Shown here: positions 8,750 through 18,446 of the stretch, piece by piece
Numbering within the stretch: position 1 is the first letter of the stretch
Layout of the letters: every line of letters starts with the position of its first letter
Assembly: GCA_036268875.1 (NCBI GenBank)
Contig: DATATI010000050.1
Location: forward strand, 5,770 to 69,769
Direction: 5' to 3'
Source of the DNA: Polyangia bacterium
GTDB taxonomy: Bacteria; Myxococcota_A; Polyangia; Fen-1088
Length of the DNA: 64,000 nt
Program-made: the position numbers and the translations under genes
The notes under the pieces: model-generated
The model's input: only the letters and a program-made list of their open reading frames with translations
The model's database searches: none
What the model was told of the DNA's origin: nothing

Positions 8750-10038
8750 ACGAGCCGAATCCTCCCGGTGAGCAGCTCCTGCATCATCCCCGCCTTCACC
8801 TGCCGCGCCTTGGCGAGCCTGGCTGCGACGGCGGCGAGCTCGGCGTCCATGTCGGAGAGGACGGCGGCGATGGCGGTTTGTTCGTCGATACTCGGGAGGG
8901 AAATCGGAATGTTACCGAGGACGCTCCTGGCAATTCTGTTTCTGGTCGACCCTCCACAGCGCTCATTGACAAATTGCAGCCAAGAATTCGTGCTGAAGAC
9001 CTGTACCAAGTAGTTTCTATTTGCGAGTTCGGGAAGCGGCCTAAATATTGTGACATCAACGGCGGTAATGACGCGATCGGGGCCTAGATCAGGCAGGATA
9101 CAAGCGCGGCCCGCTGGCTCGGCTAACCTGCAGATCAGAATGTCCCCGGCGTAGATATCCTTGCATCGGAGAATTTGGGCAGATGCTTCCGAGATAAACT
9201 TGCGCTCGGCTTTTTCGACAAATGACCCGACGCCTATGTTCCCCGTCTGAACGAGGCGAACGCCTTGTTCGGTGAGGAATTTGGCCTCGATCCAGTCGCC
9301 GTCATCAAAAAGGACCTTAGATCCTCCCGCGAAACTCAGAAGGGAACTGCTTTGCCATGCGCTGCTGAACCCCGGCAGGCGCTTCTGGCCGGTGAGGAGT
9401 TCCTGCATGGCGCCTTGTTTGAGGTGGCGTTTCTTGGCGAGGAGTTGCTCCAGGGATTCGATGAGGGCATCCGCATCGCTCAACGCCTCGGCGATGGCTT
9501 CCTGCTCGGCTGCCGTGCTTGGAAGTGAAACAAAGCTGTCATAGATTGATGCATTCGATGTATGGCGAACTGTCGAACCGGTGGCAGTCGCTTTCATTCG
9601 GGCCGAGTACCCGTCCGAAAGAAAATGCCAATACAAGAATCGAGGCGTCAGACGATCGTTGATCGGAACAATCTTGCCGATCCGCTGATTGTGAAGGATG
9701 GGTTCGTCAACGTTCACAAAAGCTGGCTTGCCAAGGAGATCGCACTCTGGCGTTAAATCCGTCATGACGACCAGCAGGTCGCCGCGATGAAAAAGCAGCG
9801 AAGAGGAGTAAGTGCCAGCATATCGTTTCGTGTTCCGTTCGTTGAAGTAGAGTCCGCCGTCTAGCTTGAAGTTTCCGGGCGTCAGCAGGATGGGACCCAT
9901 GTCTGAAAAATGATCGCTGCTGAACGCAAAGCCGCTCTTGATAGCGATGAGTTCCTTGAGCGCTCTGATATCCCAATCCTCCGGAATCACCCCCACCTCC
10001 GTCTGCTTGTACCCGCGCTTCACCGCCCCGTCACTCAT
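8746..10038 (-). CDS. hsdS: Type I RM specificity subunit S
   Basis: GYKQTEVGVIPEDW start, two TRDs, conserved EQEAIAEALSDAD...KQGAMQELLTG and EQTAIAAVLSDMD...GMMQELLTGRIRL. ATG 10038 overlaps the DUF1016 stop. Confidence 0.96.
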   Translation of the reverse strand: MSDGAVKRGYKQTEVGVIPEDWDIRALKELIAIKSGFAFSSDHFSDMGPILLTPGNFKLDGGLYFNERNTKRYAGTYSSSLLFHRGDLLVVMTDLTPECDLLGKPAFVNVDEPILHNQRIGKIVPINDRLTPRFLYWHFLSDGYSARMKATATGSTVRHTSNASIYDSFVSLPSTAAEQEAIAEALSDADALIESLEQLLAKKRHLKQGAMQELLTGQKRLPGFSSAWQSSSLLSFAGGSKVLFDDGDWIEAKFLTEQGVRLVQTGNIGVGSFVEKAERKFISEASAQILRCKDIYAGDILICRLAEPAGRACILPDLGPDRVITAVDVTIFRPLPELANRNYLVQVFSTNSWLQFVNERCGGSTRNRIARSVLGNIPISLPSIDEQTAIAAVLSDMDAELAAVAARLAKARQVKAGMMQELLTGRIRLV

Positions 10039-11076
10039 CGTCGCCGCCATCCAGATCGCCGCTCAGCGCCGACTCCAGCTCTTCAATGCTCGGCAGGTTG
10101 GTGTCCAGCGGTTCGGGCAGTGCGCGCACCAGCTGGTACTCGGCGACGCCGATGGGGTTGGCGATGCCGGACAGGGCGTATTCGGCGACCAGCTTGTTCT
10201 TGGTCTTGCACAGCAACAGGCCGATGGTGGGCTTGTCGTCGGGGGCCTTCACCTGGGCGTCGACGGCGGCGAGGTAGAAGTTCAGCTGGCCGGCGTGCTC
10301 GGGCCTGAAGGCGCCGGCTTTCAGCTCGACCACCACGTGGCACTTGAGGCGCGTGTGATAAAAAAGCAGGTCGACGAAGAACTCGTCGCCTTGCACTTCA
10401 AGACGGAATTGCCGGCCGAGAAAAGCGAAGCCGGCGCCCAGTTCCAACAAGAAGCGGGTGATGTGGCGAATGAGAGCGTTCTCGATGTCGCGCTCGTGCG
10501 CCTCGTCGCCCAGGCCCAGGAAATCGAGTGGTACGGGTCCTTCAATATCTCGGCGGCCAGCGCAGCGTGGGGCGCGACCAGGCGCTGGCCGAAGTTGGTG
10601 ATGGCGGCGCCCTGGCGGGCATGCAGGCGGTTCTTGAGGTGCGCCTCCAGCGTGGCGCGGGGCCAGGCGTTGTCCACGGCCTGGGCGGCGTACCATTCGC
10701 GGGCAGCGGGATCGGAGACCTTGGTCAACAGGGTGACGATGTGGAACCACGGCAATTGGTCAGCAGACTGCTGACCAATTCGCATCTCTGGACACAGCTG
10801 GGCGAAATACCTCATGTATTTCAGGTTCGAGCTGGACAGCCCCTTCATGTCGGGGAAGGCTTCGCGCAGGTCCACGGACAGGCGATCGATGACCTTGGCG
10901 CCCCAGCCCTGGCGCTCTTGCCGCTGCAGGATCTCGGTGCCGATGCGGTGGTACAGGGCCACCTGCTCCTGATTGGCCGACAGCACGGCGCGCTGCCGGG
11001 CGCCGCGGATCTGCGCCTTGAGATCCGCCAGCCAGTCGGCGTAGTCCGCCGGGTGCGCCAGCAGGTCGCCGCTCAC
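10031..11076 (-). pseudogene. DUF1016/YhcG PD-(D/E)XK nuclease, split by an apparent 1-bp deletion near 10528
   Basis: GTG 11076 frame gives DUF1016_N (GWGAKVIDRLSVDL, LPWFHI, KDPY). A second frame continues DFLGL...ELGAGFAFLGRQ...VDLLFYH...VVELK...GQLNFY. One added T in TACCAC-TC-GATTTC restores KDPYHFDFLG. Confidence 0.85.
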
Positions 11077-13469
11077 GGCGCGAACCCCATCCTTTCCAGA
11101 TGTCGGTTCACCTTGGCCTCCAGCTCGGCCACGCGGGTGACCAGCGCCGGCAGCGCCGCCTCGTAGCGCTCGGCCAGCTCTTTCACGCGCGCGGTCAGCG
11201 CCTGGCTGACCCGCTCCATCTCGCCGTGAATGTCGCCCTCCAGGGTGCCGAGCCACTTGTCGTCGACGACCAGCGCCTTCACGTCGGCTTCGCCCAGCTG
11301 CGGATACTGGGCATACGCCTTGGCGTCCAGCGCGACCTCGGCGTCCTTGAGGCGCGCCTTCAGTGCCGTCTCGTCATTGTTCAGCTTCGCCCATTCGGTC
11401 AGGGCGGCGCGCTCGTCCTTGGCGTCGGCGTCGCCGGCGATCTCTTTCAGGCGCGCGGCGACGCTGGCCTTGTTCACCTTCTCCAGCTCGACGAAGGCGC
11501 CCTCGTCGCCGCCGTGTTCTTCTTCCAGCTCGCCCAGGCGCGCCGAGACCGTCTCCAGCGCGGCGGCTATCTCGGCGACGCCGGCCTGCTGGTTGGCGAA
11601 AAATCGTCCGACCACCAGCGCCTTGGGCACCAGATCGCAGGCCCAGCCCTTGTCCTTCTCTTTGCCCTTTTTATCCTTCTCGATGATCCGGAACGTCTCG
11701 GCTTTCCAGCCGTCGGCGGCGATCAGGTAGCAGTCGTCCTGCATGGTCGCCGCCCAGTAATCCATCAGGTGCTGGTAGACGTCGTAGGGATCGATCAGCG
11801 GCCGGCCGGCGTAATGCGCCAGCAAGCCTTCGGCCAGATCGGCGATCACCTGCTTGGGATGACAGGCGGACTTCAGCGCCTTCAGGGTCCTGGCGGTCTT
11901 CTGCCGCCAGGACGCGAAGTGTTCGTTCATGCCGGCGATGAACGACGCGAACTCCGGGTGGTCATAGATGGTCGATTTGATGGCCGCCTTGTCGACGGCC
12001 AGCGTGAGGTAGCCGGCGCGCGCCTTCTTGAACAGGCTATTACGCAGGCCCGGGCAGACGTCCCAGTACCGTTGCAGGGCATCGACGTCGGCGACCGGGA
12101 TGCCGCCCTGCAGGTGGCCGGCGATGTCCTGGCGATCCTCCGGCGTCTGGCTGTCGATGTACCGGGCCAGGTTCAGGTTGAAGTCGTTCTTCTCGATCTC
12201 GTCGATGCCGACCATCCGCGAGTAGCGGGGCAGTGGCGTTTGCTTGTTGAAGGCGTCGACGATCTTGTGAATGTCCTGGGCGCGCAGGCGGTTCTTGGGC
12301 CCGTCCTTCATGAAGCCCTGGCTGGCGTCGATCATGAAGATCCCCTTGCGGGTGTGGGCCGCTTCCTTGTCCACCACCACGATGCAGGCCGGGATACCCG
12401 TGCCGTAAAACAGATTGGCCGGCAGCCCGATGATCCCCTTGATGTACCCCTTGCGCACCAGCGCGCGGCGGATGTCGCCCTCGGCGTTGCCCCGGAACAG
12501 CACCCCGTGCGGCAAAATGCAGGCGCCCTTGCCGGTGCTCTTCAGCGAGCGAACGATGTGCAGCAGGTACGCGTAGTCGCCCTGCTTGCCGGGCGGGACG
12601 CCGAACGACTTGAAGCGATCGTGCGGATCGTTCAGGGGATCAAGGCCGGTGCCCCAGCGCTTGTCGGAGAACGGCGGGTTGGCGACGACGTAGTCGAACG
12701 TCTTCAGCGCGGGGCCGTCCTTGAATTTCGGATCGACCAGCGTGTTCCCCTGGACCACCAGCGCCGAGGGGTTGTCGTGCAGGATCATGTTCATGCGCGC
12801 CAGCGCGCTGGTGGCGGCGTCCTTCTCCTGGCCGTACAGCGTGACCGTGGTGCCGGCTTCGTCGCCGACCTTCAGCAGCAACGACCCGGACCCGCACGTC
12901 GGGTCGTACACCGTCGTGGCCTTGGTGATCTTGGCCGTCTTGATGCCCAGGATCTGCGCCATGATCCGGCTGACCTCGGCGGGCGTGTAGAACTGGCCCT
13001 TGCTCTTGCCACTCTCGGTGGCGAAGTGGCGCATCAGGTATTCGTAAGCGTCGCCCAGGATGTCGTCGCCGTCGGCGCGGTTCTTCGAAAAATCCAGGGC
13101 CGGGTTCTGGAAGATGGCGATCAGGTTGGTGAGGCGTTCCACCCGTTCCTTGCCGTCGCCCAGCTTCGTCGCGTCGTTGAAGTCGGGAAAGTCCGACAGC
13201 TTGTTGGCGTTGGCCAGGGGCGCCAGGATCTTCTTGTTGATGACGTCGCCGATGTCGGGCGTCCCCTTGCACGCCACCATGTCCGCAAAGCTGGCGCCGC
13301 GCGGGATGGTGATGGGCGCGTACGGCTGGCCGGCGTACTTGTCGCTGATGTACTTGATGAACAGCAGCACCAGGACATAGTCCTTGTACTGACTGGCATC
13401 CATCCCACCGCGCAGCTCGTCGCAGCTGGACCACAGGGATGAGTAAAGCTCGGACTTTTTCAGAGCCAT
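11073..13469 (-). CDS. hsdM: Type I RM methyltransferase subunit M (long form)
   Basis: MALKKSELYSSLWSSCDELRGGMDASQYKDYVL, GQFYTP, YDPTCGSGSLL (motif I), VANPPF (motif IV), PHGVLFRG. Confidence 0.97.
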   Translation of the reverse strand: MALKKSELYSSLWSSCDELRGGMDASQYKDYVLVLLFIKYISDKYAGQPYAPITIPRGASFADMVACKGTPDIGDVINKKILAPLANANKLSDFPDFNDATKLGDGKERVERLTNLIAIFQNPALDFSKNRADGDDILGDAYEYLMRHFATESGKSKGQFYTPAEVSRIMAQILGIKTAKITKATTVYDPTCGSGSLLLKVGDEAGTTVTLYGQEKDAATSALARMNMILHDNPSALVVQGNTLVDPKFKDGPALKTFDYVVANPPFSDKRWGTGLDPLNDPHDRFKSFGVPPGKQGDYAYLLHIVRSLKSTGKGACILPHGVLFRGNAEGDIRRALVRKGYIKGIIGLPANLFYGTGIPACIVVVDKEAAHTRKGIFMIDASQGFMKDGPKNRLRAQDIHKIVDAFNKQTPLPRYSRMVGIDEIEKNDFNLNLARYIDSQTPEDRQDIAGHLQGGIPVADVDALQRYWDVCPGLRNSLFKKARAGYLTLAVDKAAIKSTIYDHPEFASFIAGMNEHFASWRQKTARTLKALKSACHPKQVIADLAEGLLAHYAGRPLIDPYDVYQHLMDYWAATMQDDCYLIAADGWKAETFRIIEKDKKGKEKDKGWACDLVPKALVVGRFFANQQAGVAEIAAALETVSARLGELEEEHGGDEGAFVELEKVNKASVAARLKEIAGDADAKDERAALTEWAKLNNDETALKARLKDAEVALDAKAYAQYPQLGEADVKALVVDDKWLGTLEGDIHGEMERVSQALTARVKELAERYEAALPALVTRVAELEAKVNRHLERMGFAP

Positions 13470-13650
13470 GGGGCGGTGGCCGAGTCTATAGCGGCTTGAA
13501 CGTGGCTGCGCAGTTCCACGCCGATCAGCGTGATGATGAGGCGCCGCCCTTCGACCGTGATCGAGACCTTCTTGGCGTCCTCGCTCCCAAGCAAGCCGGT
13601 CGCGTCATGCACCTTGTCGCGGAACAGGAAACCGGCTCTACTTCCGCGCC

Positions 13651-14118
13651 GTGGCTAGTTTCGACGAGGGCGCCCTGCTGGAAAAATTGCGGCGAATCGA
13701 AGCGCTGTACGCAGGCGCGACGACACCGGGCGAGCGGGATGCGGCGGCGAACGCCAGACGCTGGGTGCAGGACCGCCTCCGCCAGCTCGAGCGCGAGGAG
13801 CCGGCCGTCGAGTACAAGTTCACGATGGGTGACGCCTGGTCACGCCGCCTCTTTCTCGCCCTGGCGCGCCGCTATGACCTCAAGCCCTATCGGTACCCGC
13901 GGCAGCGTCACACGACCGTGATGATCCGCGTGCCGCGCCGGTTCGTGGACGAAACCTTGTGGCCCGAATTCAAGGAGCTCAGCGGTGCGCTGCGCGCCAC
14001 GCTGGAGGAGGCGACGGAGCGCGCGGTGTCGCGCATCCACGACGACCGGCGTGAGGCCGAGGTCCGCCCCGAACCCGCGCAGCTACCTCCCCGTGTCGAC
14101 GGCGGGGACCAGGGATAG
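13651..14118 (+). CDS. Conserved hypothetical protein with DUF2786-like N-terminus
   Basis: LEKLRRIEALYAGATTPGERDAAANA start and a globular-looking body; divergent from hsdM. Confidence 0.7.
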   Translation: MASFDEGALLEKLRRIEALYAGATTPGERDAAANARRWVQDRLRQLEREEPAVEYKFTMGDAWSRRLFLALARRYDLKPYRYPRQRHTTVMIRVPRRFVDETLWPEFKELSGALRATLEEATERAVSRIHDDRREAEVRPEPAQLPPRVDGGDQG

Positions 14119-14148
14119 AAGCCGACGCAGTGGGATCACCGACGCGCC

Positions 14149-14178
14149 AGCCGCGGAGCGCACTCACGATCCGCGGCT
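14149..14178. terminator. Hairpin between convergent genes (possible bidirectional terminator)
   Basis: AGCCGCGGA-N12-TCCGCGGCT; no U-tract. Confidence 0.35.
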
Positions 14179-14194
14179 GACCGACTCAATCGCC

Positions 14195-17100
14195 CTACAA
14201 ACAGGCGTGGGCCAGCGTGATTCCGTATTTGTCGGCCAGATAGCAGTCCACGTATTCGCGATCGCTGTCCGACAGGGCGCTGCTGTAAATCAAGATCTCG
14301 GCGATGTCGCCGTCCAGAAACTCGTTGACCACGGTGGTGCCGATGACGACGTCATTGGGCACGACGTTGTTGTCGTGAGCGGCGTCCTGGGCCTGTTGCT
14401 GGCCGTCGACCAGAATGCGGCGGTCGCCATCGGTGTAGCGGGTCATGCCGATGAACGCCTGGCCGGGGATGAAGACCGCGGCCGGCGTATTGAGATCGTT
14501 GCCCCACCAATAGTCGACCAGGCCGTAGGCACCTTCGCCACCGTCCAGCGTGCGGAAGCAGTTGGCGGTGTTGCCGCCGGGCACGCCGCCGCACACCAAC
14601 CCGTTGCGATTGGTGTTGTTCACGGCGGCGACCACGACGACGGTGTACGGGTCATTGCCCGACGGCAACGCGGCGGCGGCCATCGACAGGGCGGCCTGGC
14701 CGTCAAAGTGCAGGACCGGCATCCCGTTGACGGCATTGCTGACAAAGCGAGGCGCCTCACTGCCGTTCAGCGGCGCGGCGTCGTGGGCGTTGGACGTCTG
14801 ATCGAGCCAAGCCGTTATGCCATCGCCGTCGACGGCGCCGCTGACGGTGTCGGCCGACAACCAGGTGGTGAGGCCGGTGACCGTCTGCGGGTCATAAGCG
14901 CCCGCGACGCAGACAGTGCCGCGCGCGTGCATGCCGGTGGGGCAGTGGCACTGAACCGCGCCGAAGGTGCTGGATTGGCAGGTGGCCATGGCGTCGCAGC
15001 CGCCGTTGTCGACCAGGCAGGGATCGGTGCTGTAGGTGGCGAACTCGATCTTCTCGAAGCCCGTCAGATCGCCCGGGTACTGGTCGGTGCGGTCAGAGCG
15101 CTGGGTTTCCAGCTGCTCCAGAAAGTAATACTGGTACGCGCCCGGCGACGACAGCTGCAGCACTTCGGGCAGCCCGCGGGTGGGATTGGGCCACGAACGC
15201 TCCCAGAAGGACGACGCGTTCAGCGTCCCCAGAAGGTGCATGTCGGCGCGCGGAACGCCGCCCTCCGCCGGCACCGCGCCGCTGGCGTTTGATCCGTAAA
15301 CGTTGAAGGTCTTGATCCCGCGCATCCACTCTGAATTGCGGAAATTGCTAAAGTTAATCAGACGTAATTCATTGACTGTCACGGCATCGGCGAAGGTGGT
15401 CTCGAACCACTGGGTCAGGCGCGTGCTGGCGGACAGTAGCCCGCCGGCCGACGCGTAATCCTTGCTCCAATCGTGACTGAAGATGAATGAGTGATCGGGC
15501 GGCACGCCGCCGGGCGGATCGGTGATGGTGTTGGCGGCCAGCAGGTTGTTCTGACCGGCCTCGCTGCTGGCGGCGGCGCTGACCGGTTTCAGGTAGGTGC
15601 TGACCTTGCCGGCCGGGGCCAGGCTGACGTCGCAGCCGTCGGGGATGCTGTCTCCGTCGACGTCGGCGGCGCTGACCACGACCAGGTCCGGATAGTGGGT
15701 GGTGCAATAGTTGTCGACGATGTGCACGGTGTGCGTGGCGATGCCCAGGGAGGGCGTGTCCCCGGAGGTGGACGCGCCCAGCGTGACCACCAACGTGTCG
15801 CCCGGCTGCACCGACGGATCGATGGCGAAGGTCAGCGTCGTCCACGCGTAGTCGGGGCCGACGAACAGGTCGCCGTCGCTGTTGTTCATCTTCGCGGCGC
15901 CGCCCAGCGTGTAGGGCAAGGTGAAGGCGCTGCCGCCCCGGGTGTGCATCACGCTGATCTCCACGGTGCCGGCGTTCTTGTGCGTGTAGCTGTCGGCGCG
16001 CAGGAACCCGACCACGTTCGGCGCGGGGCTGGTGATGCACGATTGCCCGTTGCCCTCATAACTCTGGTTGCACAGACAGGCGTTGGTGTTCCCGGACAGC
16101 CACTGGCAGTCGGCGTTGGTGTCGCAGCCACCGTGGTTGATGGTGCAGACGCTGATTTCGCAGGTCGTGCCGTCGCCGACGTAGTCGCCGGTGCAGGCGC
16201 AGCTGCTCGTGCCGGGTCCGGTCATGGTGCACGCCGCGTTCGCGTCGCAGCCGCCGTTTGCAGTCAAGCAGTTGTTCACCGGCGTGCAGGTGACGCCGTC
16301 GCCATCATAGTGCGCGTTGCAGGCGCAGCTGCTCGTGCCGGGTCCGGTCATGGTGCAGGCCGCGTTCGCGTCGCAGCCGCCGTTTGCGGTCAAGCAGCTG
16401 TTCACCGGCGTGCAGGTGAGGCCGTCGCCATCAAAGTGCGCGTGGCAAGCGCAGTGGTTGGTGCCGGGTCCGGTCATGGTGCAGGCCGCGTTCGCGTCGC
16501 AGCCGCCGTTTGCGGTCAAGCAGCTGTTCACCGGCGTGCAGGTGAGGCCGTCGCCGTCATAGTGCGCATGGCAGGCGCAGCTGTTGGTTCCGGGTCCGGT
16601 CATGGTGCAGGCGGCGTTCGCGTCGCAGCCGCCGTTTGCAGTCAAGCAGCTGTTCACCGGCGTGCAGGTGAGGCCGTCGCCGCTGTAACCAGTCTGGCAG
16701 GTGCAGCTGTTCGTCCCCGGACCGGTCATGGCGCAGGTGGCCTGGCTGTCGCAGTAGCCATTCCTGATGAGGCAGTTGTTCACCGCCGCGCAGGTCTTCC
16801 CGTTGCCGCTGTAGCCGGTGCCGCAGACGCAGGTGCTGGTGCCGGGGCCGATCATCGTGCAGTCGGCGTGGACGTCGCAGGTGCCGTGGTTGGCTGCGCA
16901 GTTGTCGATCGGATAACAGGTCTCGCCGTCGCCGTGATAGCCCGGCTGGCAGGTGCACAGGTTGGTCCCCGGACCCGTCATCGTGCAGGTCGCCTGGGCG
17001 TCGCAGCCGCCGCTGTTGGTCTGGCAATTGTTGATGGGCGTGCAGGTATTGCCATCGCCTTCGTACCCGGTCTTGCAGCGGCAAGTCGCCACGCCCTGTT

Positions 17101-17452
17101 GGGGCGAGCACACGGCGTCCATCGCGCAGCCACCGCCGTCGATCGCGCAGGGGTTGAAGGCGTCGGCCACGGCGTCGGCCATGGCGTCGGTCTGGACCTC
17201 TGCGTCCGCGTCTGCGTCGGCGCTGTCGACCGCTGCTTCGGGTTTGACTTCGACCTTCACCTCGGCGGGCGCATCGACGTCCGGGCGCAGGTCCGCCCGT
17301 AGGTCCAGCGGCGCGGGGGCGTCACTGCTGTCCGTGGTGTCCGCTGCGTCGCTTCGCGCGTCGCCTGCGCCTGTCTGGCCATTGTCACCGCAGGCGGAGA
17401 AGCTCGCGATCAGGGGCGCCAGCAGCGCCAGGCGAAGCGGGACCAGTTTCAT
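14195..17452 (-). CDS. Large surface lipoprotein with 10 EGF-like domains, Calx-beta-like, discoidin-like and C-terminal LamG/ConA-like domains
   Basis: Start placed at MKLVPLRLALLAPLIASFSAC (lipobox). Nine tandem 6-Cys EGF units plus one later unit; DVDGDSIPDGCD; C-terminal WLSAD...WLDQ...NGMPVLHFDG...GDIAEILIYSSALS. Confidence 0.88.
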   Translation of the reverse strand: MKLVPLRLALLAPLIASFSACGDNGQTGAGDARSDAADTTDSSDAPAPLDLRADLRPDVDAPAEVKVEVKPEAAVDSADADADAEVQTDAMADAVADAFNPCAIDGGGCAMDAVCSPQQGVATCRCKTGYEGDGNTCTPINNCQTNSGGCDAQATCTMTGPGTNLCTCQPGYHGDGETCYPIDNCAANHGTCDVHADCTMIGPGTSTCVCGTGYSGNGKTCAAVNNCLIRNGYCDSQATCAMTGPGTNSCTCQTGYSGDGLTCTPVNSCLTANGGCDANAACTMTGPGTNSCACHAHYDGDGLTCTPVNSCLTANGGCDANAACTMTGPGTNHCACHAHFDGDGLTCTPVNSCLTANGGCDANAACTMTGPGTSSCACNAHYDGDGVTCTPVNNCLTANGGCDANAACTMTGPGTSSCACTGDYVGDGTTCEISVCTINHGGCDTNADCQWLSGNTNACLCNQSYEGNGQSCITSPAPNVVGFLRADSYTHKNAGTVEISVMHTRGGSAFTLPYTLGGAAKMNNSDGDLFVGPDYAWTTLTFAIDPSVQPGDTLVVTLGASTSGDTPSLGIATHTVHIVDNYCTTHYPDLVVVSAADVDGDSIPDGCDVSLAPAGKVSTYLKPVSAAASSEAGQNNLLAANTITDPPGGVPPDHSFIFSHDWSKDYASAGGLLSASTRLTQWFETTFADAVTVNELRLINFSNFRNSEWMRGIKTFNVYGSNASGAVPAEGGVPRADMHLLGTLNASSFWERSWPNPTRGLPEVLQLSSPGAYQYYFLEQLETQRSDRTDQYPGDLTGFEKIEFATYSTDPCLVDNGGCDAMATCQSSTFGAVQCHCPTGMHARGTVCVAGAYDPQTVTGLTTWLSADTVSGAVDGDGITAWLDQTSNAHDAAPLNGSEAPRFVSNAVNGMPVLHFDGQAALSMAAAALPSGNDPYTVVVVAAVNNTNRNGLVCGGVPGGNTANCFRTLDGGEGAYGLVDYWWGNDLNTPAAVFIPGQAFIGMTRYTDGDRRILVDGQQQAQDAAHDNNVVPNDVVIGTTVVNEFLDGDIAEILIYSSALSDSDREYVDCYLADKYGITLAHACL
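16160..16663. repeat. Four near-identical 126-bp tandem repeats (EGF units 5-8)
   Basis: Units begin at 16160, 16286, 16412 and 16538, each encoding TPVN(S/N)CLTANGGCDANAACTMTGPGT...C. Confidence 0.92.
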
Positions 17453-17678
17453 GGGGACCTCGAAGTGGGGAGAGGGGAAGGTGGGCGTGAATGGCCCGAG
17501 GAAGGACTCGGGTCTGGCACGAATCGGAAGACCACCCAAAAAACCTGAGCAGAGGAAGCGTGCGGACTGCGCACGCCCGAGCAACCGGTCGCGACCGGGC
17601 CACTCTCGCTCTCTCCGGAACTTCGGCTGCTTCGCCGCCACGTACGCGAGCGCGCGCGGAGCGAGGACCGCCTGACGG

Positions 17679-18323
17679 CTACATCGGCGGGACGAGGCCG
17701 TCCTTGCCGATGGTCAGCCGCTCGGCGCGCAAGCTGCCGTCGGACTGCTTCGAGGCGATGGCGAACAGGTGCACGCCGGGCTTGAGCTCGGATTTGTCTC
17801 CGGGCTCGAGCTTCACCACCTTCGCATTGGAAGGAACCAGCACGGTCTGCTCGCCGTCCTTGTACTTGAGCGAGAGCTTGTGCCCGGCAACCTTCGAGAC
17901 GGTCGCGTTGGTCATCGTGCTCGCCGCTTTCCCGCCGCCGGACTGGTCCATCTTCGAGACGGTGGCGTTTGTCATGGTGCTGCCGGGACGGAGGTCCCAG
18001 GGCCGATGCCCCTCGCCGGTGCCGCGCATCGAGTCGGGAAAGATGTGCACCTCGATGGCGCGCAGCGCGCCGTCCTTGCCCGCCACGGCGGTGGTTCCGA
18101 TGAAGGCTCCGTCCTTCACGTCGGACAGGTCGCCTTTCTCGGCGAGCGCGACCTTGACGTCGTTCGCGAGGGTCAGCTTGGTCGTCTTCCCTTCGCCTGA
18201 CTTGACGGTGAGCGTGCTCCCGTCGACGGAGACGACCTGGCCGCGGACGTGTTCCGGGGTTGCCGTCTCAGCGATGGCGGCGAAGGACAACAGGCTCGAC
18301 GCGATGAATGCGATGCGGTTCAT
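17679..18323 (-). CDS. Exported beta-rich protein (DUF5666-like)
   Basis: RBS-ATG MNRIAFIASSLLSFAAIA signal; HVRGQVVSVDG, AIEVHIFPDSMRGTGEGHRPWDL, duplicated MTNATVSK. Confidence 0.75.
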   Translation of the reverse strand: MNRIAFIASSLLSFAAIAETATPEHVRGQVVSVDGSTLTVKSGEGKTTKLTLANDVKVALAEKGDLSDVKDGAFIGTTAVAGKDGALRAIEVHIFPDSMRGTGEGHRPWDLRPGSTMTNATVSKMDQSGGGKAASTMTNATVSKVAGHKLSLKYKDGEQTVLVPSNAKVVKLEPGDKSELKPGVHLFAIASKQSDGSLRAERLTIGKDGLVPPM

Positions 18324-18446
18324 AGGTGACCTCCTTGAGCAACCGGACGCTCTGTCATCCGGAGTTACCGGGAGAATTGGGCACGACTGGACTTGGCCGC
18401 AAGCCGATGCTCGAAAGATGAGGGTCGCGAGTATAGCCTGCGGATC

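Noticed and set aside
4114-13442. Long plus-strand ORFs (4114-5454, 5641-7404, 7823-9013, 11100-13442)
   Set aside because: Antisense shadows of the RM genes caused by high-GC codon bias.
13460-13640. Open minus-strand frame (LFRDKVHDATG...) upstream of hsdM
   Set aside because: No start codon or RBS after the preceding stop and no recognisable motif; at most a remnant.
3266-14118. RM island as an intact mobile element
   Set aside because: No integrase, transposase, tRNA target or matching repeat at the right end could be found.
13985-17302. 435-aa and 603-aa plus-strand ORFs
   Set aside because: Shadows of the EGF lipoprotein.
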